DNA from: Catajapyx aquilonaris
Lineage: Eukaryota
DNA length: 64,000 nt
Direction of reading: 5' to 3'
Assembly (NCBI GenBank): GCA_000934665.2
Contig: KZ538500.1
Location: forward strand, 1 to 64,000
The translations under genes were made by a program, and so were the position numbers. Of the stretch, positions 43,447-54,522 are shown in pieces. The notes below the pieces were generated by a model. That model saw only the letters and a list, made by a program, of their open reading frames with translations. It searched no databases and was not told where the DNA came from. Positions within the stretch are counted from its first letter, which is position 1; the number at the start of each line of letters is the position of its first letter.

Positions 43447-45329
43447 ATGTGGTGGTTTTTGTGCTACTTGTTTCTTTTCGCGATTTCTGCAACACCGTTG
43501 CTGGTGATGGCCTACACAATCTGGGCCAACCGCTATTGGAAAACACGAGGCTTTGAGGCACTGCCAGCCACGTTCTTCTGGAAAAAATTCTTGCGCTCCA
43601 TATTCATCACTAAATCGCAAGGCGACGCGGAATTAGCCGTTTACCGGCGTTTGTCATCCAAGAAGATTGCAGGCGTCATGGACATTACAGGCCCCAGTCT
43701 GTGGATTATTGACCCTGAACTCATGAGAAGTATCTATGTAAAAGATTTTGATCACTTTGTAGACCGAGTTGCTTTTGATTTTGGCAACGAGGCTCCATAT
43801 GGGAAACTGCTCCTGGTCAATCTTGTGGGACAGCATTGGAAGAACGTCCGTGGTGTCATTACCCCATCATTTACTTCTGGTAAGATGAAGAGGATATTTC
43901 CATTGGTGTGCGACACCTCGGATCAGTTGATGGATTACTTGACCAAAAAAGCTAAACTTGGAGAGGAGGTGGAAATGAAGGAAGCCTACGGAAAGTTTAC
44001 AATGGACGTCATAGCGAGTTCTGCTTTTGGAGTTCAGTGCAATTCAATCCAGAACCCCAACGCACCTTTCGCCAAGGTAGCAGACAAAATGGTAAATCCA
44101 GGAGGATTTGGGTTCGTTGCATTCTTAATGACTATGCTCTTTCCGCGAGCAACGGAATTGGTGGGTAAAATAATTCCTTTGCCAAAAGCGGACACTTCTT
44201 TGTATTTTCTTGCCAATGTGGTGAAGGACGCTCTTGCCGAGAGAGAGCGAAGTGGGATTGTAAGGAAAGATTTTCTTCAACTTCTTCTCGACGCCATGAG
44301 GGGAAAAGAGGATAAGGAAACAGAATCAGACGAGGCGATTGGTTACAACGCTGGACATCACACAAGTGCATCTTCTCCAAAGTCAGGTAAGCAAGAGGAT
44401 GCAACTGTTAAACGACATGGCACACCCATACAATATCAACAACGCCTTTGTTTTCCCTGCATTTTCCTCAACTTTCTTTCCAACTGGTCTCCCGGGACTT
44501 TCTCATGTGCAGTGACTTATTATTTTGTGTTTATTCACTTCCTTACAGTTTTGGACGAGCCAACCCTGATCGCCCAGTGCATACTGTTCTTTCTGGCCGG
44601 CTACGAAACAACGTCAACTCTGCTTTCATTTGTCACTTATGAGTTGGCACTCAACACGGACATCCAGGAGAAGTTGCATGAGGAAGTTCGGAAAGTGGTG
44701 GACAGGCACCATGGACAAATCACCTACGATGGAATCATGGAAATGGAGCTAATGGACAAAGTACTCAATGGTACGATGCCATATAGTGTACCCATATTCA
44801 CGTTGTTTGGCGTTACATAAGTGCCGGTCCTTCATCTTTTCCAGAAACATTACGTTTGCATAGTCCTGCTCCAAGGATGGACAGAAAATGTACGAAAGAT
44901 TACCAGGTTCCCGGAACTGACCAGGTCATTCGAAAGGGCATGAGGGTCACATTCCCATCCGTTGCGATCCATCGTGACGAGAGGTACTATCCAAATCCAA
45001 CCAAGTTCGATCCAGAGAGATTCAGCCCAGAAGAGAAGGCCAAGAGGAGTCCTTACGTCTTCCAGCCCTTCGGACACGGACCTCGCAACTGCATAGGTCA
45101 GGTCACAGGTCATTTTCACACGAGTCGCAAGTGAGGATGCATTATACTGTTAACCTTTACAGGAATGAGGTTTGCACTGATGGAAGCCAAAGCTGCTCTG
45201 GCGATGACGGTACTCAACTTTCGTCTTCGAATTTCCAAAAAGACCGATGTGCCAATGAAATATGGGTTTGGATTAACTCTGACTGCGAGAAATGGTGTTT
45301 GGCTTCGATTGGAGCCCAGAAGCACATGA
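43447..45329 (+). CDS. Cytochrome P450, CYP3 clan (paralog 13, sister of 12); exons 43447-44386, 44549-44770, 44845-45096, 45163-45329
   Basis: MWW start, [36 protein letters not shown]. Confidence 0.92.
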
Positions 45330-45529
45330 ATTCAACTTTTCAATCAGTGATATACTGTTGCTAAGTTTGTAACTACATGCTTTACCAGCATGTCATAAAG
45401 TGAATGAGTTTCCAAAAGAATAAGGGTGTGCAACAGAACAAAATAATCACATTGTATCAGTAGTAACACAGCAAGCAATATTTCCAAAAATAATTACGTT
45501 TGCATCGATATGTACGTGTTATTTAAACA

Positions 45530-45839
45530 TACGTTAATCAACCTTTTGGACATGGACCTAGAAACTGCATAGGTATTACTATATGTCCCACAGTATTTAC
45601 TAAGTGCAGGTGTTCTATTATGCTGATTCTTGATTTCCTGAATAGGAATGCGTTTCGCTCTGATGCAAGTCAAAACAATCTTGGCACACACCATCCTCAA
45701 CTTCCGTCTTCACTATCCGACTGAGAAAACAACGATTCCGATGAAATATGCCTTACTCTCTGGTATGCTTAAGGCCAAAGAGGGAGTGTGGCTGAGACTT
45801 GAAAAGAGAAATTTAGTTTATGATTATGAAAATGAATAA
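45530..45839 (+). pseudogene. Orphan 3' P450 fragment (end of exon 3, intron 3, exon 4; MLW subfamily)
   Basis: [33 protein letters not shown] with no upstream exons; closely resembles the 3' end of the gene ending at 63640. Confidence 0.85.
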
Positions 45840-45998
45840 TCATAAAGATTGGAGACAATAAGTATGCCTATCTGCAGCCTGCATTTCCGTAAAACGGATA
45901 CCCACTTTTGCACTTGTGATAGAGTTGAAGTCCAGTGAAGTTCCCCAATCCGGACATTTAAGCTATACTAAACAGTGTTGGCCTGATGTTTTATATAA

Positions 45999-47310
45999 GG
46001 GTGATTCTCCAAAAACTTACCATTTTCAAAGCAAGGATTAATGAATTTCAAAACTTGTTTTAAAAATCTGGAAAAATTCTCACTTACTTTATATGAGGTC
46101 ACAAATCAGGGAAAAATATGGAGAACTAATTCTGATATTCTAATGCCAGGAGAGTGAATATTTCCAAGAGTTCGGGAGCCAGAAGAATGACCTATGCATG
46201 CAATAGGATTAATATCACTGTCCAGAACAAACGTTGTCTATGGAGATTTCGGTGGGTTCAAGAAGACCCTTCATTCCATGGAATCACAGTTATTTCAAAA
46301 CATTTTAGCTATTATGTGACATAGAAAAATGAGCCAGGAGTGTGAACTTTTAATTTCCGGGAGAAAAATCATCTTAGGATGCATTAGGATTAATATCACG
46401 CTCAAGAACAAACGTTGACTCTGGACATTTCTGTGGGTTCAAGAAGACGCTTCATGCCATGGAATCAGAGTTATTTCAAAACATTTAAACTATTTTGTGA
46501 CATAGAAAAATGAGCCAGGAGTGTGAACTTTTTATTTCCGGGAGTTTGGGAGCCAGAAGAATTGACCTTTGGATCCATTAGGATCGATTAGGATTAATAT
46601 CACGGTCCAGAACTAACGTTGACTCTGGAAATTTCTGTGGGTTCGAGAAGACCCTTCATGCTATGGAATCACAGTTATTTCAAAACATTTAAGCTATTTT
46701 ATGACATATAAAAATGAGCCATGAGTGTGAACTTTTTATTTCCGGGAGTTTGGGAGCCAGAAGAATGGCCTTTGGATGCATTAGGATTAATATCACGGTC
46801 CAGAACAAACGCTGACTTTGGAAATTTCTGTGGGTTCAAGAAGACCCTTCATGCCATGGAATCACAGTTATTTCAAAATATTTAAGCTATTTTGTGACAT
46901 AGAAAAATTAGCCAGGAGTGTGATCGTTTTATTTCCGGGAAAACTCGGGACACACTTTGGAGTGATGCAGCAAGGTCATGTCAAATGAATAAATCGTTTT
47001 AAAAATGTTGTTTTATACCTGCAACTACGTACAATTTAATTATAGTATTAAAACTTGTCTAATGTTAATAATAAAATTGTAAGAAAATATAGCATGCTTT
47101 AAAATGAGATCGGGACATGCCAAGAACAGTGATTTTAGGCCCTTTGACATTTTTTGCAGTAAAACTTAATTTAATATTTATCTTTGTTTTCATGGGGATG
47201 GCTAGGTGTCAACTGCTTCTCCAAATGTTTAAAAATCAACTCTCTCAGTCAAGCCATTTTAGAGTTTTTATGCTGGGACATGGTATTGGTAAGTTTTTGG
47301 AGAATCACCC
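45999..47310. mobile_element. 1.3-kb non-autonomous TIR element carrying an internal tandem array (Sola2-like termini)
   Basis: Perfect 24-bp TIR GGGTGATTCTCCAAAAACTTACCA; ATAA on both flanks (4-bp TSD). Superfamily assignment is inference. Confidence 0.82.
46145..46940. repeat. Tandem repeat, about 4 copies of a 180-205-bp unit
   Basis: TAGGATTAATATCAC...CATGGAATCACAGTTATTTCAAAA...GAGTGTGAACTTTT recurs near 46205, 46386, 46589 and 46782. Confidence 0.9.
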
Positions 47311-48280
47311 ATAAATGTAGATTGTAGCAGCTTAGAAGTATTTGATAGAAATGTTTTAATCCGGTTGAAGTACTTGAAGTACTTATCCATAAATACTATG
47401 TAAAACAGGCTAAGAATATTTATCTAAATTTGCACTTAGTAAAATTAAACCTAATGAGAAGCGAGAAAAAACAAAAAAAAGTTCTAATGTTTTGATCTAT
47501 ACACGTACACCGTATCCTTTCAGTGCCCACCGCCAGAAATGTATTTGTCATAGTTTGCAATCCATATTGAGAGTGTTAAGTGTCATTAGAGGTTTTTATG
47601 CCTCTGTGTAGCCATGCATATGTGAAGGGTATTCTGCTACAACGTCTCAAGTACCGTACCAAAATAGCAACTTTTCAGGAGAGAGGTTTATTTGTTCCAT
47701 CGGCCCATGTAACCTTATTGGAGAACGACCCTACAGCAGTCCCAAAACAACGCTTCCACTTACATCTAGCAAGTGAAACTAGTCATTCCGTGCAGAATGG
47801 AGAGCTGAACTCAAATCACCAATTAAATGAAAACGAGGCAGATGGCACTCGCGAACATGTGATTTAATCGAGAGCAAAGAGATAAATGCCAGATTAAAAT
47901 CCTACATATGTCCATATACAAACAACATCAGCTTACCAAACCCCTTGCTAAATCAACATTCCACTCATTGTGTCACGGTAGGCCATTGTAAGAACGTGTT
48001 GACGCAGATCCCACAAACCTGACCCAGTTTCAAGTACTGGGATCTTTACGTTCAATTTTCAGATCTAAGGTATCAACGCTATCATAGTTTTATCCACTAC
48101 TATTGCGCACATCATTAATAATTGTCCTTGACCAACGACAAGACAGTATTTTTATCAGCAGCCTACACGACAAGAGCGTAGGAACTGAAGCCAGTGTATA
48201 ATATACATTATACAGCTGGCTTACGAGCAGACCTCCAGACAACTTCGCCACCGCAGTGCAACTAATAGGAGTGAAGCAAA

Positions 48281-51200
48281 ATGTTGTGGGTTATTGGGTG
48301 CCTCATTGTTGCGGTGGTGCTCGGGATCATCGTTCTGGTTGCAACGTTGGTGATCTGGAATACTAAGAAATGGAAAAGTGCAGGATTTGATGCAATACCC
48401 CCTTCGGTCACCTGGAAAGGCTACATGAGGCAATACCTGGTAACTAAATCCAATGGCGACGCACTAATTGATATGTACAATTACTTTGTCCGTACGGGTG
48501 CTAAGTGCGGAGGAGCAGTAGACATGTTTGGTTCCACCTTCTGGATTGTGGATCCGGACCTGATGAGAAGCATTTACATCAAGGATTTCGATCACTTTGT
48601 GGACAGACCTGTATTTGAATTTGCCGGAAAGGACAGTTACGTTAACCAGTCAGTAGGCAACCTGCTTGGGCAGCAGTGGAAGGACGTGAGGCACGTAATG
48701 TCTCCGACCTTCACCTCCGGGAAAATCAAACTGATGTTCCAGTCCATGCCCAAATCCTGCCAGAAGCTGACAGATTATCTGCAGAAAAAGGCTGAACTGG
48801 GCGAAGCTGTGGAAATGCCAGATGCTTTTGGGAGGCTGGTGATGGACCTGGTGGCGATCACTTCCTTTGGGATCGACTGCGACTCATTCAAACATCCGGA
48901 TGCGCCCTTTCTACGGATGGCTAAGAAGATGATGAATCCAGGAGTGCCCGGATTCATACTTGCTGTGGTCAATATGGCTGCTCCCCGTCTTGTGAATTTC
49001 CTGCGCATGTTGCGTGTCCCTTTACCTGAATCAAACGAGGTCGACGATTACTTTGCATCAGTGGTCAAAGATGCGATTGAACATCGCCAAAGGAGTGGAG
49101 TGAAAGGAAGGGACTTTCTGCAGATGCTGATGGACGCCAGGAAAGGCGAGTTGGACGATCTTGAGTCGGACAATTTAATCGGATACTCCCCCAATTCTGA
49201 CGAGATCGACACAGAAAAACGCAAGGCCCTCTCTAAAGCAGGTAGACGAACAAATTAGTAGAGTCTATCATAATTGATTTGCGCTAAAACTGCTGTTTCT
49301 TTTTCCAGTGCTGACGGAGAATCTCGTGATAGCGCAATGCATAGTATTTCTCGCCGCTGGATATGAAACGACATCTACTACATTGTCATTTGCTGCCTAC
49401 GAGATGGCTGTCAACCCGGACATCCAGGAGAATTTGTATGAGGAGGTGAAGAAAGCAGCGGACAAACACGATGGGCAATTGACTTATGATGACGTTATGA
49501 ACATGGACCTCTTGGACAAAATTATCCATGGTGAGGCACAGGTTTAATACGCTCGTAATATAAAGTTCGGTAATTTAACCTACTGTCGCTTTGGGAAATG
49601 ATAGATGGTACTAGAAGATCACTTTGATATGTTCAACAATGCAACATTGGGCTCCGGCGCATGGTCACCGAGATAATGAGTATTAAAAAGTCGCATTATC
49701 CAGCTTATAGGTTTCGGATACTGCTTACGACACTTCCATCGCTTAGGCCATTCCCTGCTACACATAACAAGATCGTAATTGAAAAATTTAATTACGTGGC
49801 AACACTTTAAATTTAAATGAAAACGGTAAGGTTGCGTGGAGGGACGCATACGTGCCAGGATATTTTATACCTTGTGCTTGAAGCACATTATCTCGGTAAC
49901 TATGCGTCGCAGACCCATGTTGCATAATATTATACTGAAATTGACCACCTAGAACCCATCTATCATTTCCCAAAGCGACACGGCGGTAGGTTAAATTTCC
50001 GAACCCTGTATATTAACTCTATTAGCAAGAGCTATAATAACTGAGAGCATGTGACAAGTCCTTTGCCGTGACTGAACCTCTGATGGAGCAGGGAAGTGTT
50101 GCGATTAGTTTCCCTCTGGCGCGACTAGGCCGAACCAAGAAGGGAACCTTTGTCCCTCCTACAGAGGCGTGGCTACGTCAGGGGGTCAACTCTTTCCGTT
50201 CCTCACTTATCACCTTGGGTTGGGGTGGGTGCGAAAAATTCAAGGCCCCAGGGCGCCTGGACTTTGACCCCCCTGCCCAGAATGGTAGGCCCACGGAGTC
50301 AAGACTCCGTGGGATGGGGTCAGATAAGTCAGACCCTTTTCCTAATCTACCCTCCTCGGGCTTATCACAGGTAGGGAAGTGAACTTTTTAAAATAATCCG
50401 CAAACTTTTTTAAGGGCGCACCTTTTTGCATTTTTGACGGCAAATATGAATTCTGATAAGGTGTCCAAAACCTATCTTTTCATACTCGATTCGTACCAGG
50501 CATGTCACAAACAGGCCCACGGAAACCCATGTGTATATTAAGAAAACTTGTTGAAGTTATCATGCTAGCTCTACTTTTGAGATGCCTGGTATGAATCAGG
50601 TATGAAAATATAGGTTTTCGACACCTTAGAATTCATATTTGCTGTCAAAAATGCAAAAGGGTGCGCCATCAAAAAAGTTAACGGATTAGTTTAGAAGGCC
50701 CACTGCCCCTCCTGATATAAGCCCAAGGAGGGTAGATTATGAAGGGTCTGAATTATCTGACCCCCTCCTACTGTGACCAGCCCAAACCCTTGCACTGCAC
50801 TGCACTGGTGCAATTTACAGCTCTACAATTTTTCCAAAGTTCATCATATTCCGATTCCTACTATAGCCTACTGTACCTGTTTAGGTAGACCAAAATTTCA
50901 CTTTGTTATTGATTTTTTCAGTTTTGCCAGCGATTAAAAACAATCAAAAACGCGCCGTTTTTTATCTAACGCGTCTGGTGCATCGGGCATTAAGTCTTTA
51001 GCTGATGACTCGCAATCATTTTGATTTGTGAGGAAGCTGTGGAGCCTATGAGTGCACGTGACTAGGCGAGTGCCCAACCACTCGGGCAAAAAGCAAAATT
51101 GAAGCCAAATGACACATTTTTTTCCCCAGGTGTTTGACCTCTTTTCCTGCTCTGCCCCTCCCTGTCACCCTCTGCCGGTCTGGTTTATGTGCCCCCGAGG

Positions 51201-52827
51201 CGATAGAGCCTATTTTGGGAACCCCCTGCGCGGGAGGGGGGGGGGGGGGGGAATGTTTGGGNNNNNNNNNNNNNNNNNNNNNNNNNNNNNNNNNNNNNNN
51301 NNNNNNNNNNNNNNNNNNNNNNNNNNNNNNNNNNNNNNNNNNNNNNNNNNNNNNNNNNNNNNNNNNNNNNNNNNNNNNNNNNNNNNNNNNNNNNNNNNNN
51401 NNNNNNNNNNNNNNNNNNNNNNNNNNNNNNNNNNNNNNNNNNNNGGGGGGGGGGGGGGGGGGAATCGTTCCTGATGACGTACTCACGATTTTTCCCATGT
51501 ATCCCTACCGTGTTAAGATTGCTGCGGTCAAACGACCGTGGCCGTCTGGGGAGTCGCCAGTTCCGCGGAGAGGATGAGGAACCCAGCTATATGCAAGGGA
51601 TAGGGAACTCGGAGGCTCTCAGTTATTAGCTCTTGATATTAGTAATAATATTGTGAAAAAAATACTGTGACAAGAATAGCTCTCATTATGGATGTGCATC
51701 ATAAATAATACCTCGTGTGTTGTCATAATTATAAGTTAATTTAAGTCCTGTATGATTTGAGAATTGTTTCGGAAAGTTTGCAATATTTTAGTAACGATAT
51801 TGTAACATACGCGGTGTAGAACGTATGCCATATCGTATATTTTCCATAGTGGAACTGTTCAGAAATTGCTGGACTCGAGTTACTGACGTGTTATGGTAGA
51901 TATTGCGTGTAGAAATGTCGGATATAGCTACAAGGCAATATCTGCACCTGATAAACCGTTCTATATCCTGAGCCACAAGTCAGTGTGATCAATTCTGTCA
52001 ATATACAGGAGATGACAATCATGATGCTCTAGTGGTTCCCAAACTATGGGTCGCGGCCCACCAGTGGACCGCGAGCTTTGAATTTTTTTGTAAACTATAA
52101 AATAATGATCTTGCTAAATGAGGAGCAAGAGCACAGTACGTAAAAATATACATATATTGTGTAGCATGATTTTTGCAGCTCTCAATAAGGGAGGTGACGA
52201 GGTGTAAACGGCTCATTAAGTGGGCCGCGAGATATTTTCCCTATCTGATGTGGGCCGCGACCAAAAAAAGTTTGGGAACTACTACTCATCGTATGAAACT
52301 GTGCTATTTCAGAAACACTGCGTCTACACAATCCTGTAGCTGGGATAGCAAGGACCTGCACCAAAGATTACCAGGTGCCAGGGACAAATGCCACATTGAA
52401 AAAAGGGACTACAGTGATGATTCCTTCTCTCGCTATACAACGCGACGAGCGTTATTACCCCAACCCGATGAAGTTTGATCCTGAGAGATTCAGCTCTGAA
52501 GAGAAGGCAAAGAGGTCCCCATATCTTTATCAACCTTTTGGACATGGACCTAGAAATTGCATAGGTACGACAAGAATACCAGTAGCGTCTATGTACCCCA
52601 GTATCTAGTTCTAGTAAGTAAGTGTATGTTACTAATGCTGGTTCTCGTTCTCTTGAACAGGAATGCGTTTCGCTCTGATGCAAGCCAAAACAATCCTGGC
52701 ACACACCATCCTCAACTTCCGTCTTCATCCTAGCGAGAAGACAACAATTCCGATGAAATATGCCTTAACTGCTCTCCTGGTTAAGGCCAAAGGGGGAGTG
52801 TGGCTGAAACTTGAAAAGAGAATGTGA
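48281..52827 (+). CDS. Cytochrome P450, CYP3 clan (paralog 14, MLW subfamily); exons 48281-49241, 49309-49530, 52313-52564, 52661-52827
   Basis: Very similar to the gene at 794; [31 protein letters not shown]. Intron 2 is expanded by insertions and contains an assembly gap. Confidence 0.87.
49563..50008. mobile_element. MITE with about 50-bp imperfect TIRs (Tc1/mariner-like, TA flanks)
   Basis: GTTCGGTAATTTAACCTAC..TGTCGCTTTGGGAAATGATAGATGG versus CCATCTATCATTTCCCAAAGCGACA..GTAGGTTAAATTTCCGAACCCTG; absent from the homologous intron of paralog 1. Confidence 0.78.
50026..51635. mobile_element. TIR element of about 1.6 kb (spans the N gap) with an internal 450-bp inverted repeat at 50316-50764
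   Basis: Ends CAAGAGCTA(TA)ATAACTGAGAGC / GCTCTCAGTTATTAGCTCTTG; (C/A)TATTAG on both flanks; absent from paralog 1 intron 2. Confidence 0.75.
51262..51444. other. Assembly gap (N run) between poly-G tracts
   Basis: N characters. Confidence 0.99.
52030..52284. mobile_element. hAT (Charlie-like) MITE about 28 bp upstream of the exon-3 acceptor
   Basis: TAGTGGTTCCCAAACT..GGTCGCGGCCCAC versus GTGGGCCGCGACC..AGTTTGGGAACTACTA; TSD not clear. Confidence 0.75.
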
Positions 52828-53469
52828 GAGTTTATATGAGTCGGACCTGTTCTAAATGTTTGAGACAATAAATAAGCCTTCATTTAGCTAGCAATTCCGT
52901 AAAATGGAAGAGCCATTTTTAAATTTGCAATAAATCTGAAGTTTCTCTCTCAGTAAATAAGCTCATTTCTTTTTACTCTAGTAAACATAATATGATCGTA
53001 AGTTCGTCTTTTTCGACGGTTAAGCTAAACCATCATGTTCTAATCGGCTGAAGCATTATAATACTGTAAGTTATACAGGATGCATGTGAATTCATCTCCA
53101 AAAATGATTCGAGTGGTAGGGGATGCGTATGGAAGAAGCACGATATGGGCACCAAAATTCGGCGACTATCCTTAACATCGACAATGTCTATCCCGACAAG
53201 TATGATGGACAACCCCGTTCAGTGCATGCCTGCAACGCTGGACTGTTGAACCCTGTTGGAGTACTTTTAATGTACAGTACTTATCCATAAATACTGTGTA
53301 AGATAAACGCAAAGAATTATCAAAATTTACACTGATTAACGTTAAACCTTACTGGGAGTGGGAAGAAAATGTTCTAATTTTTGATTCCTATACTTTCAGG
53401 ACCCACAGCCAGAAGTGTATTTTTAATAGCTTAGTTTGTTTTCAATCCATGTTGAACATAGTGTCAATA

Positions 53470-53793
53470 TTTTTTTTTCATTACCCCATTGGGAGTTACA
53501 TTTTCTTTAGGGGGGTGGACTACCACCATCTGGGTGGAACTGGTATACTAAGATAGTATTTAGTGTGTTCCAAGGGTAGGTAGGAGGGGATGTGCAAAGT
53601 GCATGTGCAATGTCTCAAACAGCCATTTTGTGAACTCCCCCGGGTGGCTTAGTCCGTCGGAAATTGCCACCCGAAACGAAGCCAGAGATGGCCCAACTCT
53701 GCACGAAAGAAGGTGGGAACCCCAGGTGGGGATTGAACCCGGGACCTTAACTTCCGTGGGCGCGCGCGTTACCGCGGCGCCACTCCGTCTCTC
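53470..53793 (-). mobile_element. tRNA-derived SINE, about 324 bp
   Basis: Minus-strand head with A-box-like TGGCGCCGCGG and B-box GGTTCAATCCC; A-tail at 53470-53478; 11-bp TSD TAGTGTCAATA at 53459-53469 and 53794-53804. Confidence 0.85.
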
Positions 53794-54522
53794 TAGTGTC
53801 AATAAAAATTTTGATTCCCCAAATTTTCCAGAATATATGGACATGCATCACCTATGATTCATAAACATGTGATTTAATTGAGAGCAAAGAGGTAACTGTC
53901 AGATTAATATTCTACATATGTGAATGCACACACCATAACAATGCGCCAAATCACTTGCTGATGCGCATTGTACTCCTGTATCACGGCAGACCATACGTGT
54001 TTACTCCAATCCCACAAATCTTATCCAAAGTCAAGTATCTATTGCTACACAAATACAATCAATTTTCAGATATGCATTAACACCACTCGTATCAAGGTTC
54101 GGTCCACTGCAGCCAGCGTAACGAGTCGCCACTTTGAAACCACGTATCAGACCTGGGACGTCATTTTGTCCTTGACCAAGAGTTAGGCAGAATTTTCTTA
54201 ACAAGAAAGCAGGAACTAAAACTAGTGTAGTGAGCATGGTGAGCATGTTAAGTGTCAATCAAGAGACTATCCAGGATATGCTGGCATGCATCAGCATCAT
54301 CACGCTGCAATATTGCTCAATTTCCAGATACATCACAACTTTATCATGGTTTGTTACACTACCACGGGCGTCACTAGTCCCCACTTTGTCCTTGACCAAG
54401 AACTGCGGAGTGCTTATGAGCAGCCCCACTGACAAGCGAGCAGGAACTAAAGCCAGTGTGCAGTACAGCTCGTTAGCGAGCAGACCTCAACGCTTTACGT
54501 TACCTAATAGGAGTGACACAAA

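Noticed and set aside
46145..46940. Repeat array as a possible CRISPR
   Set aside because: Whole ~190-bp units repeat without unique spacers; eukaryotic context and no cas genes.
50995..51045. Possible hammerhead ribozyme (CTGATGA + stem + GAAG)
   Set aside because: GAAA core is imperfect and I could not find stems I and III; a covariance-model search would be needed.
53712..53793. tRNA gene
   Set aside because: Has A/B boxes, but continues into a body, A-tail and TSD, so it is a SINE head.
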